IMG/VR virus record: IMGVR_UViG_3300044701_000569 | Span: 124,001-188,000 of that record | Direction: 5' to 3' (one strand) | Length of the DNA stretch: 64,000 nt | Shown: piece after piece, positions 1-8,685 of the stretch | Layout: every line of letters begins with the position of its first letter | How positions within the stretch are numbered: the first letter of the stretch is position 1 | Made by a program: the position numbers and the translations under genes | Notes under the pieces: model-generated | What the model saw: the letters and a program-made list of their open reading frames with translations, nothing else | What the model was told of the DNA's origin: nothing | Database searches by the model: none

Positions 1-323
1 TTAGGAGAGCGTCCGCGCTCAATCCTATAATCAACACCACTTTTTTCAAAGTGCAGTGTAACTAACATGCCTTTGTTGTTGGTTTTGTTAATTAAGTTAT
101 TCTTCTTAATGTTAGTTAATGCTTGGCCGTACAGTGCATAACTGAGTGCATTAATAATAGTAGTTTTGCCTGTACCGTTACGAGAACCAGTATCGTCACC
201 TCCTTGATCTAAGTTTTCGCCAAGCACTAGAGTTAGCTGTTCCTTGTTAAAGTTAACAGCTTGAGTTTGGTTGCCCACACTCATAAAGTTTTTTACAGTA
301 AGATCTTTAATTTTTATTGTCAT
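1..323 (-). CDS. gp46: T4 gp46-like recombination endonuclease ATPase subunit (SbcC/Rad50 family), 5' part only; continues past the window start
   Basis: Not in the ORF track; translated by hand from the ATG at 323, which overlaps the gp47 stop (TAATG): MTIKIKDLTVKNFMSVGNQTQAVNFNKEQLTLVLGENLDQGGDDTGSRNGTGKTTIINALSYALYG. SMC-type 'KNFMS' start, Walker A NGTGKTT, directly downstream of gp47 as in T4. Confidence 0.92.
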   Translation of the reverse strand, partial: MTIKIKDLTVKNFMSVGNQTQAVNFNKEQLTLVLGENLDQGGDDTGSRNGTGKTTIINALSYALYGQALTNIKKNNLINKTNNKGMLVTLHFEKSGVDYRIERGRSP

Positions 324-1333
324 TATAACCCGTGATATATTTCTAGCAGTGTTTTCTTGTCAAAATTATCAGTATCAAGTTCTGATATTTCGCCCGCAAC
401 AATTTGATCTACGGATTCAAATCCGCTGATATCTAAATTAGTTGAAATTTCTTCAATCTGTTTCTGCGGTATCAGTGTAATTTCTCTACAGTCATATGTA
501 GACATAAATGTTTCTTTGATAAAATTTGCTTCTTCGTAGCTGATTGGAATGTCCAGAGTAACACGCAGATACATCTTTGATTTGATTATTTCTTCTGTCT
601 TATCCAATAGCTTTGACAATGATACAGTCCTATACTTAGGACAATTATCCCAATTAATATACTCTGGTTCACCGTCATTTTCTTTATCAAGAATCATCAT
701 ACCTCGTGCATCGTCCCATGCATCTGCATAGTTGTGCGGAAATGCATTGCCAATGTAGTGTATTGCGCCCTGTTGTTGACGCTTATGAAAGTGTCCTGAG
801 AACACATACTTTTGATGTTTGAAGTGTTCTGCTTTGAGATCGCCGTGATCAGGCATCTGTACCATAGCATTCATATAAAAGTAAGGAAGTTCAAAATGTC
901 CAAACATATATTTTGTTTTGATCTTTTCGATATTCTTCCATTCGTCTCCAACAAGCCACGGAATTAGTGCAACATCTTCACTAACCATAATCTTGTCTAC
1001 AAATGTGATGCCTGGTATGTGTCTACCAAATGCAGTTGATGAAACATCACGCTTATCTTTGTAGTACATGTCGTGGTTTCCAACAAACATGTAGAAGTTT
1101 TCAAAGGCAGCACCTAGCTTTTCCATGCTGCGAATAGTTGCATCCATAGTTGCTAGATTGAGGCTGTTTCTATTGTGATGCCAGTCTCCACAAAAAATGC
1201 CTGTTTCACAACCCTGCTCCTTAGCAGTGGCAATGAACCAGTCTACGAATTCTTCGCAGTCATTGTTGTGTACTGTAGAGTTACCTTTCAATCCAAAGTG
1301 GATATCAGTAAATACTGCTGCCTTTTTAAACAA
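323..1333 (-). CDS. gp47: T4 gp47-like recombination endonuclease nuclease subunit (SbcD/Mre11 metallophosphoesterase)
   Basis: Phosphoesterase motifs TDIHFG, GDWHH, VGNHD, GHFE, SGHFH; TTG start 7 nt after GGAG; adjacent to gp46 and gp55 homologues. Confidence 0.93.
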   Translation of the reverse strand: MFKKAAVFTDIHFGLKGNSTVHNNDCEEFVDWFIATAKEQGCETGIFCGDWHHNRNSLNLATMDATIRSMEKLGAAFENFYMFVGNHDMYYKDKRDVSSTAFGRHIPGITFVDKIMVSEDVALIPWLVGDEWKNIEKIKTKYMFGHFELPYFYMNAMVQMPDHGDLKAEHFKHQKYVFSGHFHKRQQQGAIHYIGNAFPHNYADAWDDARGMMILDKENDGEPEYINWDNCPKYRTVSLSKLLDKTEEIIKSKMYLRVTLDIPISYEEANFIKETFMSTYDCREITLIPQKQIEEISTNLDISGFESVDQIVAGEISELDTDNFDKKTLLEIYHGL

Positions 1334-1356
1334 AGTTATACTCCAATTGTTTTACT

Positions 1357-1385
1357 AGTGTAAGATAAGATGTAATAAAAGTCAA
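1357..1385 (-). promoter_or_regulatory. sigma70-type promoter for gp47-gp46
   Basis: Minus strand reads TTGACT-N17-TACACT, followed by a GGAG RBS and the gp47 start. Confidence 0.75.
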
Positions 1386-1393
1386 GACTAATT

Positions 1394-2224
1394 TTACGAA
1401 TCGCCGTTGCTGTCATTGTATCTTTTTTGAGCTGCTTCAAATTCGCCTTGATGCTGTCTTGTAAATGACGGATTCAAATCATTCATTTCTAAGATGTCGT
1501 CGCGAATATTTTGATTACGCTTTTCAATATTAATAACTCGCACGAAACTGTTAGTAACGGCAGCAGTATAATAAGCAAAAGGATTGTTAGACTTACTTTC
1601 ATCGAATTGTAATCCTATCTGTGTGAGTTGTAAAATGGCTTGCCCGCGCATTTCATCGTTGTAAGTATAACCTCGAACGTTGCCTCTAGTAGCGTATCTT
1701 TCGCATAGCTTCATCCACATCATTGCAAGGGTTCTTGTAGCTTGTCCGTGATCTTTTGAAAATTGTCCGTTCTGCATACCGCCAGTCCAATGACTTTTTC
1801 CTACGCAGACTAACTCGTCGTTGTCGTCAAATTTCCAATGTTGGAACGGTGGAAAGTTTAATTTGGTTTTGCTGTCTGCAATACTTTTGGGGTTTTTCTT
1901 TCGCCCACTTTCGTCCGGTATATGATCAAATGTCATTATACGAAATACAAGATCAGTCTTGTTTATTTTCTTATAATCAACTTCGCAATCACTTTGCTTA
2001 ATCTTTTCTCCTGCTGCTCGCCTTGCATCGTAACTTTCGTTACCTAGCTTTTTAGCTTTATTGCGTTTAGCTTCTGCAACTGTTCTTACATTGATTTTTT
2101 CTAGACTAGGCAAAATGATGTCATAGTCGCCGTATTCTGGTGATACATAGCTACAATACGTATTTTTTGATTTATGAATCTCTGCTAGTATGTCTTTATT
2201 GTTTAAATAATTTTTTGTTTTCAT
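1394..2224 (-). CDS. gp55: T4 gp55-like late-transcription sigma factor
   Basis: N-terminal NYLNNKDILAEI and C-terminal FDESKSNNPFAYYTAAVTNSFVRVINIEKRNQ match the gp55 pattern (YVNNKE.L / NPFAY.T...AF.RRI..EK.Q); upstream of gp47/gp46. Start moved from track 2242 to ATG 2224 because GGAGA lies 5 nt upstream. Confidence 0.85.
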   Translation of the reverse strand: MKTKNYLNNKDILAEIHKSKNTYCSYVSPEYGDYDIILPSLEKINVRTVAEAKRNKAKKLGNESYDARRAAGEKIKQSDCEVDYKKINKTDLVFRIMTFDHIPDESGRKKNPKSIADSKTKLNFPPFQHWKFDDNDELVCVGKSHWTGGMQNGQFSKDHGQATRTLAMMWMKLCERYATRGNVRGYTYNDEMRGQAILQLTQIGLQFDESKSNNPFAYYTAAVTNSFVRVINIEKRNQNIRDDILEMNDLNPSFTRQHQGEFEAAQKRYNDSNGDS

Positions 2225-2247
2225 TTTGATTCTCCGGATCACTAACT

Positions 2248-2276
2248 ATTATAATATACATAGATAATTTTGTCAA
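2248..2276 (-). promoter_or_regulatory. perfect-consensus sigma70 promoter for gp55
   Basis: Minus strand reads TTGACA-aaattatctatgtatat(17 nt)-TATAAT. Confidence 0.88.
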
Positions 2277-2277
2277 C

Positions 2278-2283
2278 TAAATA
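2278..2283 (+). promoter_or_regulatory. T4-type late promoter core (TAAATA) for the baseplate operon
   Basis: cTAAATAc 17 nt upstream of ATG 2301, followed by AGGAGAG RBS; resembles the T4 late consensus TATAAATA. Confidence 0.62.
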
Positions 2284-2300
2284 CTTACAGGAGAGTATCT

Positions 2301-3278
2301 ATGTCATTATTTGGTGGTTTTAATATAGGCGGTGCAATTAACAGTGCAACATCTAACTTTTCTAGTGTCTCGGGTGTTATAGGCAGCATTACTGGCGGCC
2401 TCAACTCAACACTGGGTAAATTTAACAGCCAATTTGGCGGCATACTTGCAGGCACTAACATTGGCAGTACTATTAATAAAGCAGCTAGAGTAGCTGGTAT
2501 AGTTGATAACTTATTAGGCAATGGCTCTAGACTCAAAAATATAGGTGGCGCCTTCCGCGGTGTAGGCAATGCAGCACAGGGAGTGTTTGTTGGAGCTAAC
2601 CCTCGTGACAGATCTGTACAAGTTGCCATAGCTAGAGAAGACGCTGTTTCAAACAGAACAGATACATCAACAGCTGGTGACTGGCGTGTTAGTTTAAGTG
2701 TTCCTGCTGACATAGCAACTAGTCCTGTTTTTGCTTCTTTTTCTGGTACAGGTAGAACTGGAGGCAGAATGGTGTTTCCTTTTAATCCAACAATATTGTT
2801 AGGGCATACTGCTTCATATGCAAAAATTTCGCCTACACATACTAATTACCCCTTCAACGCATATCAGAACAGCAGTATTGATAATATAACTATTACAGGT
2901 GATTTTTACAACGAGAACGAAGCTGATGCACTATATTGGGTAGCTTGCTTACATTTCTTAAGAACTATGACCAAAATGTTTTATGGCAGTGGTGATAAAA
3001 CTGGTAATCCTCCTTTAGTATCAAGACTAAACGGTTATGGGAAATATGTTCTTAATGATATTCCTGTAGTTATAACAAACTTTACAGTAGATCTGCCTCA
3101 GGATGTTGATTACATTCCTGTGGTTGTACCAGGAGATTCGTCCCCAAACTATGTACCAACTAAATCAACGGTTACTGTTACTTGCCAGCCAAATTATGCA
3201 AGACGTGCTGTGTCAAGATTTGATCTTAAGAAGTTTGCTGAAGGTGGATTTATTAACGGTAAGGAAGGTTTTGTATAA
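2301..3278 (+). CDS. baseplate/tail-tube initiator-like protein (gp48/gp54 or CIS tube-like) with a G/S/N-rich N-terminal extension
   Basis: Core VFPFNPTI..H.A.Y.....H.NY.F.AYQNS.ID.I.I.G.F...PPL..RLNGYG..V.NDIPVVI.NF.VD looks like tube-fold baseplate proteins; sits directly before the LysM/gp53-like gene. Confidence 0.6.
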   Translation: MSLFGGFNIGGAINSATSNFSSVSGVIGSITGGLNSTLGKFNSQFGGILAGTNIGSTINKAARVAGIVDNLLGNGSRLKNIGGAFRGVGNAAQGVFVGANPRDRSVQVAIAREDAVSNRTDTSTAGDWRVSLSVPADIATSPVFASFSGTGRTGGRMVFPFNPTILLGHTASYAKISPTHTNYPFNAYQNSSIDNITITGDFYNENEADALYWVACLHFLRTMTKMFYGSGDKTGNPPLVSRLNGYGKYVLNDIPVVITNFTVDLPQDVDYIPVVVPGDSSPNYVPTKSTVTVTCQPNYARRAVSRFDLKKFAEGGFINGKEGFV

Positions 3279-3583
3279 TGGCAACTAATAGTAAGACACT
3301 AGGTCCTTACGGCACAACTAATATTACAAGTTCTGGGTATCTTGATATTATGAAAATACGTGCTGTACCTGCAGCCTCTGATGATATTCTTTATGAAATA
3401 ACTTCGTCTTATACACATAGACCTGATTTATTAGCTTACGATCTCTACGGAGAAAAAAATCTATGGTGGATTTTTGCGCAAAGAAACTTAGACGTTATTA
3501 AAGATCCTATCTATGACTTTGTTGCAGGTACAAAAATATATCTTCCACAGGGACAAAAATTGAGACAGCTTTTAGGAAAGTAA
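3278..3583 (+). CDS. gp53: gp53-like / LysM-type baseplate wedge subunit
   Basis: RPDLLAYDLYGEKNLWWIFAQRN...DPIYDF.AGTKIYLP is the typical gp53/tail-X LysM signature; TAATG coupling with the upstream gene. Confidence 0.75.
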   Translation: MATNSKTLGPYGTTNITSSGYLDIMKIRAVPAASDDILYEITSSYTHRPDLLAYDLYGEKNLWWIFAQRNLDVIKDPIYDFVAGTKIYLPQGQKLRQLLGK

Positions 3584-3584
3584 G

Positions 3585-6500
3585 ATGGCCATATCATTAG
3601 GATCTATATCAAGCGGTGTGACTAGTGCTATTAATGGAATAACATCTTCTTTTAATACTCTCACGACAAATACGTTTTCAAATAGTTCTAATTTTCCTAA
3701 CGGTGTAAATGCTGTTTCTAGAAATCTTTCTCAAAACGGTTCTGCCAATCCTAATGCTAATCCACTGTCTGCTATTGGTGGATTGTCAAATCAATTATTA
3801 GGTGATTTTAACCCTGTTTCAAAGTTATTAAATCAAGGCGGCGCAGCACTTGGTGCAATAAACAAGCTGAGTAGTTTAGGATCTACAACCAGTCTAGGAG
3901 GACTGCTAGGAGGCCAATCTAAACCTCCGTCTGTACAAAGTCTTATAGCAGGCAAATTAAAATCTTCAAATTTAGGATCTTTTGCAGCTACGATTGAAAG
4001 TTTAGGTTCTATAGGATCAACTGTTGCAAAAAGCAATATTGGCCCGTTTAATTCAGTAACGGTGGTTAATAGGAGTTCTGCTGACCTTTCTGGTGTAGCA
4101 CTGATACAACGTGCTAGAACTTTTATGGAATCTTACAAACCAGAAGTAGGTCAAGGGTCAGCTAAAAATGACGGTATAACTAACTATGTAAAAACTCCTG
4201 AAGGCAGAATTTTAAATCCTTTAAGAGATTCTAATTCTAACAATTATATCATAACACTGGGCATTTTAGATGCCGACCAAGTAAACAACCCGTCAAGCTA
4301 TCGTAATGCTGACGGATTTAAAAAAGTATTACTAAAGTCTGGCGGCGGCCTAAGAAGTTCTGGTTATGCTAAAAGGATTAGAACTTTTGCTGAGGGCGAA
4401 GAAGACGCAGAATATTTTATTGAAGATCTTGAAGTCAGTGCAGTTATATGTCCAAATCCTAACACCAGTACAGCTTTAGGAACTAACGTTACTTTTAAAA
4501 TTATAGAACCATACAGTATGGGAAAAATTATTGAGGCCATGATGATAGGCTCTCAAGAATGCGGGTTTTCTAGCTACTTAGAAGCACCGTTTTGTATTAA
4601 AATAGAATTTTTAGGTTGGGATGAGAATGGAGAAAAAGATGCATATATAACTCCTCCGGCATATATTCCAATAAGAATTAATAAGATGGATCTTAACATA
4701 GGACAGCAAGGTAGCACCTATCAATGTACTGCTGTTCCGTTTAATGAATCTGCTCTAAGTGACGTTGCAAATAAAACAAAAGTAGCTACTAGCGCATACG
4801 GTGATACTGTACATGCTATTTTAGAAACTAGTAAAGAATCTGTTACTTATACGGTCAATGGTCAAATAGAAACACTTGAAGATAAGAAAGTTATAAAAGG
4901 ATATGATCGATATCTAATCTGTTTTCCAAAAACACAACAGGATCTAATAAAGGCAATAGAAAGTAAAAGTGTTGATACAAGCGCACTAAAAGCAACACAA
5001 GATGCCGACGATCAAGAAAGACGTCGTAGGGGCATTGGAGAACCTGTGCGCAATCCTAATCCTAATGCTGCCGCAGCCTCGGTGCCTGTAATCAGTACAG
5101 CACCGAACACTTATTTGTTCTTAAAGGCCTGGGCTGAAAATACAGCTAATATGAATGATTTTGGCCTAAGCCCTGTAGTAGTAGATACTAGAGCTGGTGG
5201 CGATCAGTCACATGGTCGTGCTGGCGCTGTAATTAATCAAGAAACTTCGACTATACAAAGAGACAGTCCGTCAAATGCACCTTCGGAAAAATCTAGAAAA
5301 TTTAATTTTACTGAAGGCGCTAAAATGACAGATATCATAACAGAAGTTTTGATGAGCAGTTCTTATGTTCAGGAACAAGCAGCAGCACCTTCACAAAACG
5401 GGTTTAAAAAACATTTTAGAATTGAAACTATGGTATTTGTAGAGCCCGACGAAGGGGGTATACAGGCGCAGATTGGTAGACCTAGAAAAACATATGTGTA
5501 TGCTGTACATCCTTATTGGACATATGAAGCTAGGCAGTTAGCCCCGGGTCAAACTCCTGCTAATGTAACTCAGGTAAAAGACCAAGCAAAAAAAGAGTAC
5601 AACTATTACTATACTGGTCAAAATGAAGATGTGTTAGATTTTGATATAAATTTTAATCTAGCATTTTTCCAAAATATTAGATCTGATATAGGACAGAATT
5701 CAGCTACTACAATAGGTCAAGAAAACACTTCTACAGGACCAAGACCTGGTACAGTTGTTGCTTCTAGTGGTGACACTCCAACACCTGCTAGCAACAATGG
5801 TGAAGCAGTTCCGGGTGTAGAATATACTGCATCTAATCGATCTGTATCCAGCGGCGGCACTAGAATAGGAACTGTTGATCAAAGTGTTAAACGGGCTATT
5901 GCAGAAGAATTTCACAATAGGCTTATTAACAGTCCTGCAGACATGGTTACAGCAGAAATGACAATTTGGGGAGATCCTTATTACATTCCCTCTAGTGTAG
6001 GAAATTATAATCCTGCGCCCGGCGAACCAACGGTTACTGCTGATGGCACTATGTCATACATGCGTGATGAAGTTTTTGTGGTTATAAACTTTTTAACTCC
6101 GTTAGATTATTTTATGAACGGATCTACAATGGATTTTCCAACCTATGTTAGACCTTTCAGCGGACTTTATCAAGTAGTGACTGCAACTAGTACTTTTTCT
6201 GCAGGAACATTTAAACAGCTTTTAAAAGTAATAAGAGTTCCCGGACAAAATGGCGAACCAGGAACAGTTAATAATTCTGGTGTATTGCAGACAGGGGCTA
6301 GAGAAAATGTAACAGTACCCGATGTTGCTCAAAATATTAATCCTAATCCAGAACAAGCACCACTTGCAGCACCTACTTCTGCAGATGTAGATCGTACTCT
6401 TACTGGTATACAAAATCTTAATATAGATGAAGGATCAGCAGCATCGTTTTCTCAAGCTAGATTAATGACAGGTGAAACTCCAGCCTCGCCTTCACAAGTG

Positions 6501-6923
6501 GTAACTAATCCTCTATCCAGCATTGCTAGTGTTATACCTGCAGAAGAATTAGCAAACCTTCCAATAGATTCGGCGTCAAGATTAGGCATTACGGCTAATC
6601 TAACTTCTACGATATTTCCTTTAAAATTACCAAATAATTTTTCTAGTGGTTTGCCGTCTTTGGCAGCAGTTAATGCTTCAAATTTATCTAGTACACTACA
6701 ACGTAGCGGATTAAATGTTCCTGCTAACGGGTCATTACCATTTAATCTTCCTTCAGCACCTAATCTGCCACCGTTACCTGGAATAGGCGGCAGTTTAACA
6801 ACAGCAGCAGGAGCACTAACTAGTAACGAAACTATAGGACGTATCCAATCTTCAGTAAATTCTTTAGCGTCAGGATTAAGTACTCAAGCTAGGGCTGTAG
6901 GTTTGCGTCCACCTACTGGTTAA
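3585..6923 (+). CDS. baseplate hub protein (gp27/late-control-D/VgrG-like core) with long low-complexity N- and C-terminal extensions
   Basis: Core ends in MTIWGDPYYI...FSGLYQVVTATSTFSAGTFKQLLKVIR, typical of hub proteins; lies between gp53-like and gp5-like genes. Confidence 0.62.
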   Translation: MAISLGSISSGVTSAINGITSSFNTLTTNTFSNSSNFPNGVNAVSRNLSQNGSANPNANPLSAIGGLSNQLLGDFNPVSKLLNQGGAALGAINKLSSLGSTTSLGGLLGGQSKPPSVQSLIAGKLKSSNLGSFAATIESLGSIGSTVAKSNIGPFNSVTVVNRSSADLSGVALIQRARTFMESYKPEVGQGSAKNDGITNYVKTPEGRILNPLRDSNSNNYIITLGILDADQVNNPSSYRNADGFKKVLLKSGGGLRSSGYAKRIRTFAEGEEDAEYFIEDLEVSAVICPNPNTSTALGTNVTFKIIEPYSMGKIIEAMMIGSQECGFSSYLEAPFCIKIEFLGWDENGEKDAYITPPAYIPIRINKMDLNIGQQGSTYQCTAVPFNESALSDVANKTKVATSAYGDTVHAILETSKESVTYTVNGQIETLEDKKVIKGYDRYLICFPKTQQDLIKAIESKSVDTSALKATQDADDQERRRRGIGEPVRNPNPNAAAASVPVISTAPNTYLFLKAWAENTANMNDFGLSPVVVDTRAGGDQSHGRAGAVINQETSTIQRDSPSNAPSEKSRKFNFTEGAKMTDIITEVLMSSSYVQEQAAAPSQNGFKKHFRIETMVFVEPDEGGIQAQIGRPRKTYVYAVHPYWTYEARQLAPGQTPANVTQVKDQAKKEYNYYYTGQNEDVLDFDINFNLAFFQNIRSDIGQNSATTIGQENTSTGPRPGTVVASSGDTPTPASNNGEAVPGVEYTASNRSVSSGGTRIGTVDQSVKRAIAEEFHNRLINSPADMVTAEMTIWGDPYYIPSSVGNYNPAPGEPTVTADGTMSYMRDEVFVVINFLTPLDYFMNGSTMDFPTYVRPFSGLYQVVTATSTFSAGTFKQLLKVIRVPGQNGEPGTVNNSGVLQTGARENVTVPDVAQNINPNPEQAPLAAPTSADVDRTLTGIQNLNIDEGSAASFSQARLMTGETPASPSQVVTNPLSSIASVIPAEELANLPIDSASRLGITANLTSTIFPLKLPNNFSSGLPSLAAVNASNLSSTLQRSGLNVPANGSLPFNLPSAPNLPPLPGIGGSLTTAAGALTSNETIGRIQSSVNSLASGLSTQARAVGLRPPTG

Positions 6924-6934
6924 TGGAATATTAA

Positions 6935-8677
6935 ATGGCAACACAATCAATCACACAACAAGATAAAGCAGTATTAAACTTATGTTCTAAAAAAGAAGCT
7001 AAGAGTTATAATACTGTCTACGGTGGCGACGAAGTAAATCTTGTTGAAAAAACTGTCGCAGAAGTTATTCTCTGGCAATCTGAAATTGTAAGAACTCGCA
7101 GAAATTGGTCTAGTGCTGTAGGCAAGTATCAAATGCTTAAGGCAATTGTTGAAGAAGAATCTAAAGCCTTTACTCTTGATCCAACACAAACTAGATACAC
7201 CGCTGATGTACAAGACGCTATGATGATAAAGCGTTTATCACGTTTTCGTAAATATAATCAATTTAAGTCAAAGAGTCTTGGCGGTTCAGAATTAGAAAAC
7301 GCACAGAAATTTTGTGTTGAACTAGCAAAAGAATTTGCTAGTATTCCTGTGCCTTATGATATGAGAGGTGCGCATCGACAGGTTCAAAAAGGCCAATCAT
7401 TTTATGCAGGAGACGGCACAAATAAAGCACATCATAACCCTGACACGTTTGTAGCTGCGTTAATAGATATAAGAGCTGGAGGCACTGGCGCTACAGTTAA
7501 AGATGTAGAAACTAGTAACGGATCTGTAACAGGAAGCAATGCTCATTCACCACAAGGTGAATCTAATAGAGCAAGAATGAATAATTTTGCTACCGGCGGT
7601 GGTACACATGATGGCAGACGTGTTACAGGAAATAATACAACAGCACAGCGACAGGGCTTGCCGCCTGCAGAAAATGTATACGTTTATGAAGTAATAGATC
7701 CTCTTGACGATAGATATGATTTTAGAACGGGTAAAAAAGTAACTGATATAACGTTGTATGGAACATCGTCTGTTGCAGCATATAACCAAGCCAACAGTGC
7801 GACAGCAGCAAACACACCTGCTTCTCAAGCAGGTGTAGCATCTGCAGATGGTGTCAAAGATCCTGAAAATTTTACAGAAGAAGAACTTAGAAATCTAATG
7901 GAAGGTAGAGATCGTGTAGCAACACAGCCTGGAAGATACTCTGATCTGTTTACAGATCCTTATGATCCTAGCCAACTACTAACAGTGCCAGGAAGACTTC
8001 CACCAACACCAATTCCGGGATCTACTCCACCAAGAGCAGAACCAAGGTCAGGACTGTTTGGCCCAGCCCCAAGAGGATTACCAAAGCCTCCGGAAAAACA
8101 GGCAAGCAATATACCAACATTGCTGACGGGCGCAATATTAGCCGGCGGCTTGCTGTTGACTAAACCAAAACAAGAACAAACAAATAAGAGAGATAACTCT
8201 GTTAGATTACAACAGTCTCTTGATAAAGCAAAACGAGACATTGCTAGTTTGATTTCTACAATGACACAAATTTACAACAATCAGAGCGAGTCTTATGGTA
8301 CATTTTTACAGAGCGAATTGATTGTAGCACAAACAACGCTTAATACTGCTAGAGCAAATTTAATAACAGCTCAAGCAGGCGGAAATCCTACAGAGATCGC
8401 CGCCGCCGAAGCAGCAGTTTTTACTGCACAAACTAGAGTAACAGGACTGCAAAATAAAATCAATCTAGGATCTCCATACGGACTAACTACAGCCGAACGT
8501 CAGCGTAGAACAAGAGAAGATCCTACTTATAATAATTCGTTAGCTGACTTAACTACTCTAGTAAATGTAACAGTTCCTAGAATAGTTTCCCAAGCTAGAA
8601 GTTTTGGAATAGATTTAATTCAACCAAATATGAGCGCACAAATATCAGCAGTTCCACCAGTGGTAACATTTAGTTAA
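6935..8677 (+). CDS. virion-associated lambda-R-type lysozyme/lytic transglycosylase domain fused to Pro-rich, hydrophobic and coiled-coil regions
   Basis: E21 in KKEAKSYNTVYGG, SSAVGKYQML, QDAMMI and LAKEFASIP parallel lambda R motifs (SEGT..YDV.VGG, STAAGRYQ.L, QD..A, ..WASLP). Confidence 0.72.
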   Translation: MATQSITQQDKAVLNLCSKKEAKSYNTVYGGDEVNLVEKTVAEVILWQSEIVRTRRNWSSAVGKYQMLKAIVEEESKAFTLDPTQTRYTADVQDAMMIKRLSRFRKYNQFKSKSLGGSELENAQKFCVELAKEFASIPVPYDMRGAHRQVQKGQSFYAGDGTNKAHHNPDTFVAALIDIRAGGTGATVKDVETSNGSVTGSNAHSPQGESNRARMNNFATGGGTHDGRRVTGNNTTAQRQGLPPAENVYVYEVIDPLDDRYDFRTGKKVTDITLYGTSSVAAYNQANSATAANTPASQAGVASADGVKDPENFTEEELRNLMEGRDRVATQPGRYSDLFTDPYDPSQLLTVPGRLPPTPIPGSTPPRAEPRSGLFGPAPRGLPKPPEKQASNIPTLLTGAILAGGLLLTKPKQEQTNKRDNSVRLQQSLDKAKRDIASLISTMTQIYNNQSESYGTFLQSELIVAQTTLNTARANLITAQAGGNPTEIAAAEAAVFTAQTRVTGLQNKINLGSPYGLTTAERQRRTREDPTYNNSLADLTTLVNVTVPRIVSQARSFGIDLIQPNMSAQISAVPPVVTFS

Positions 8678-8685
8678 GGATTACA

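Noticed and set aside
2285-2713. 142-aa minus-strand ORF and the other short antisense ORFs in the track (e.g. 549, 1175, 1756, 7547, 7960, 10400, 32003, 34329, 35637, 57069)
   Set aside because: All lie inside longer, motif-supported genes, mostly antisense or frame shadows over low-complexity codons, and I recognised no protein motifs in them.
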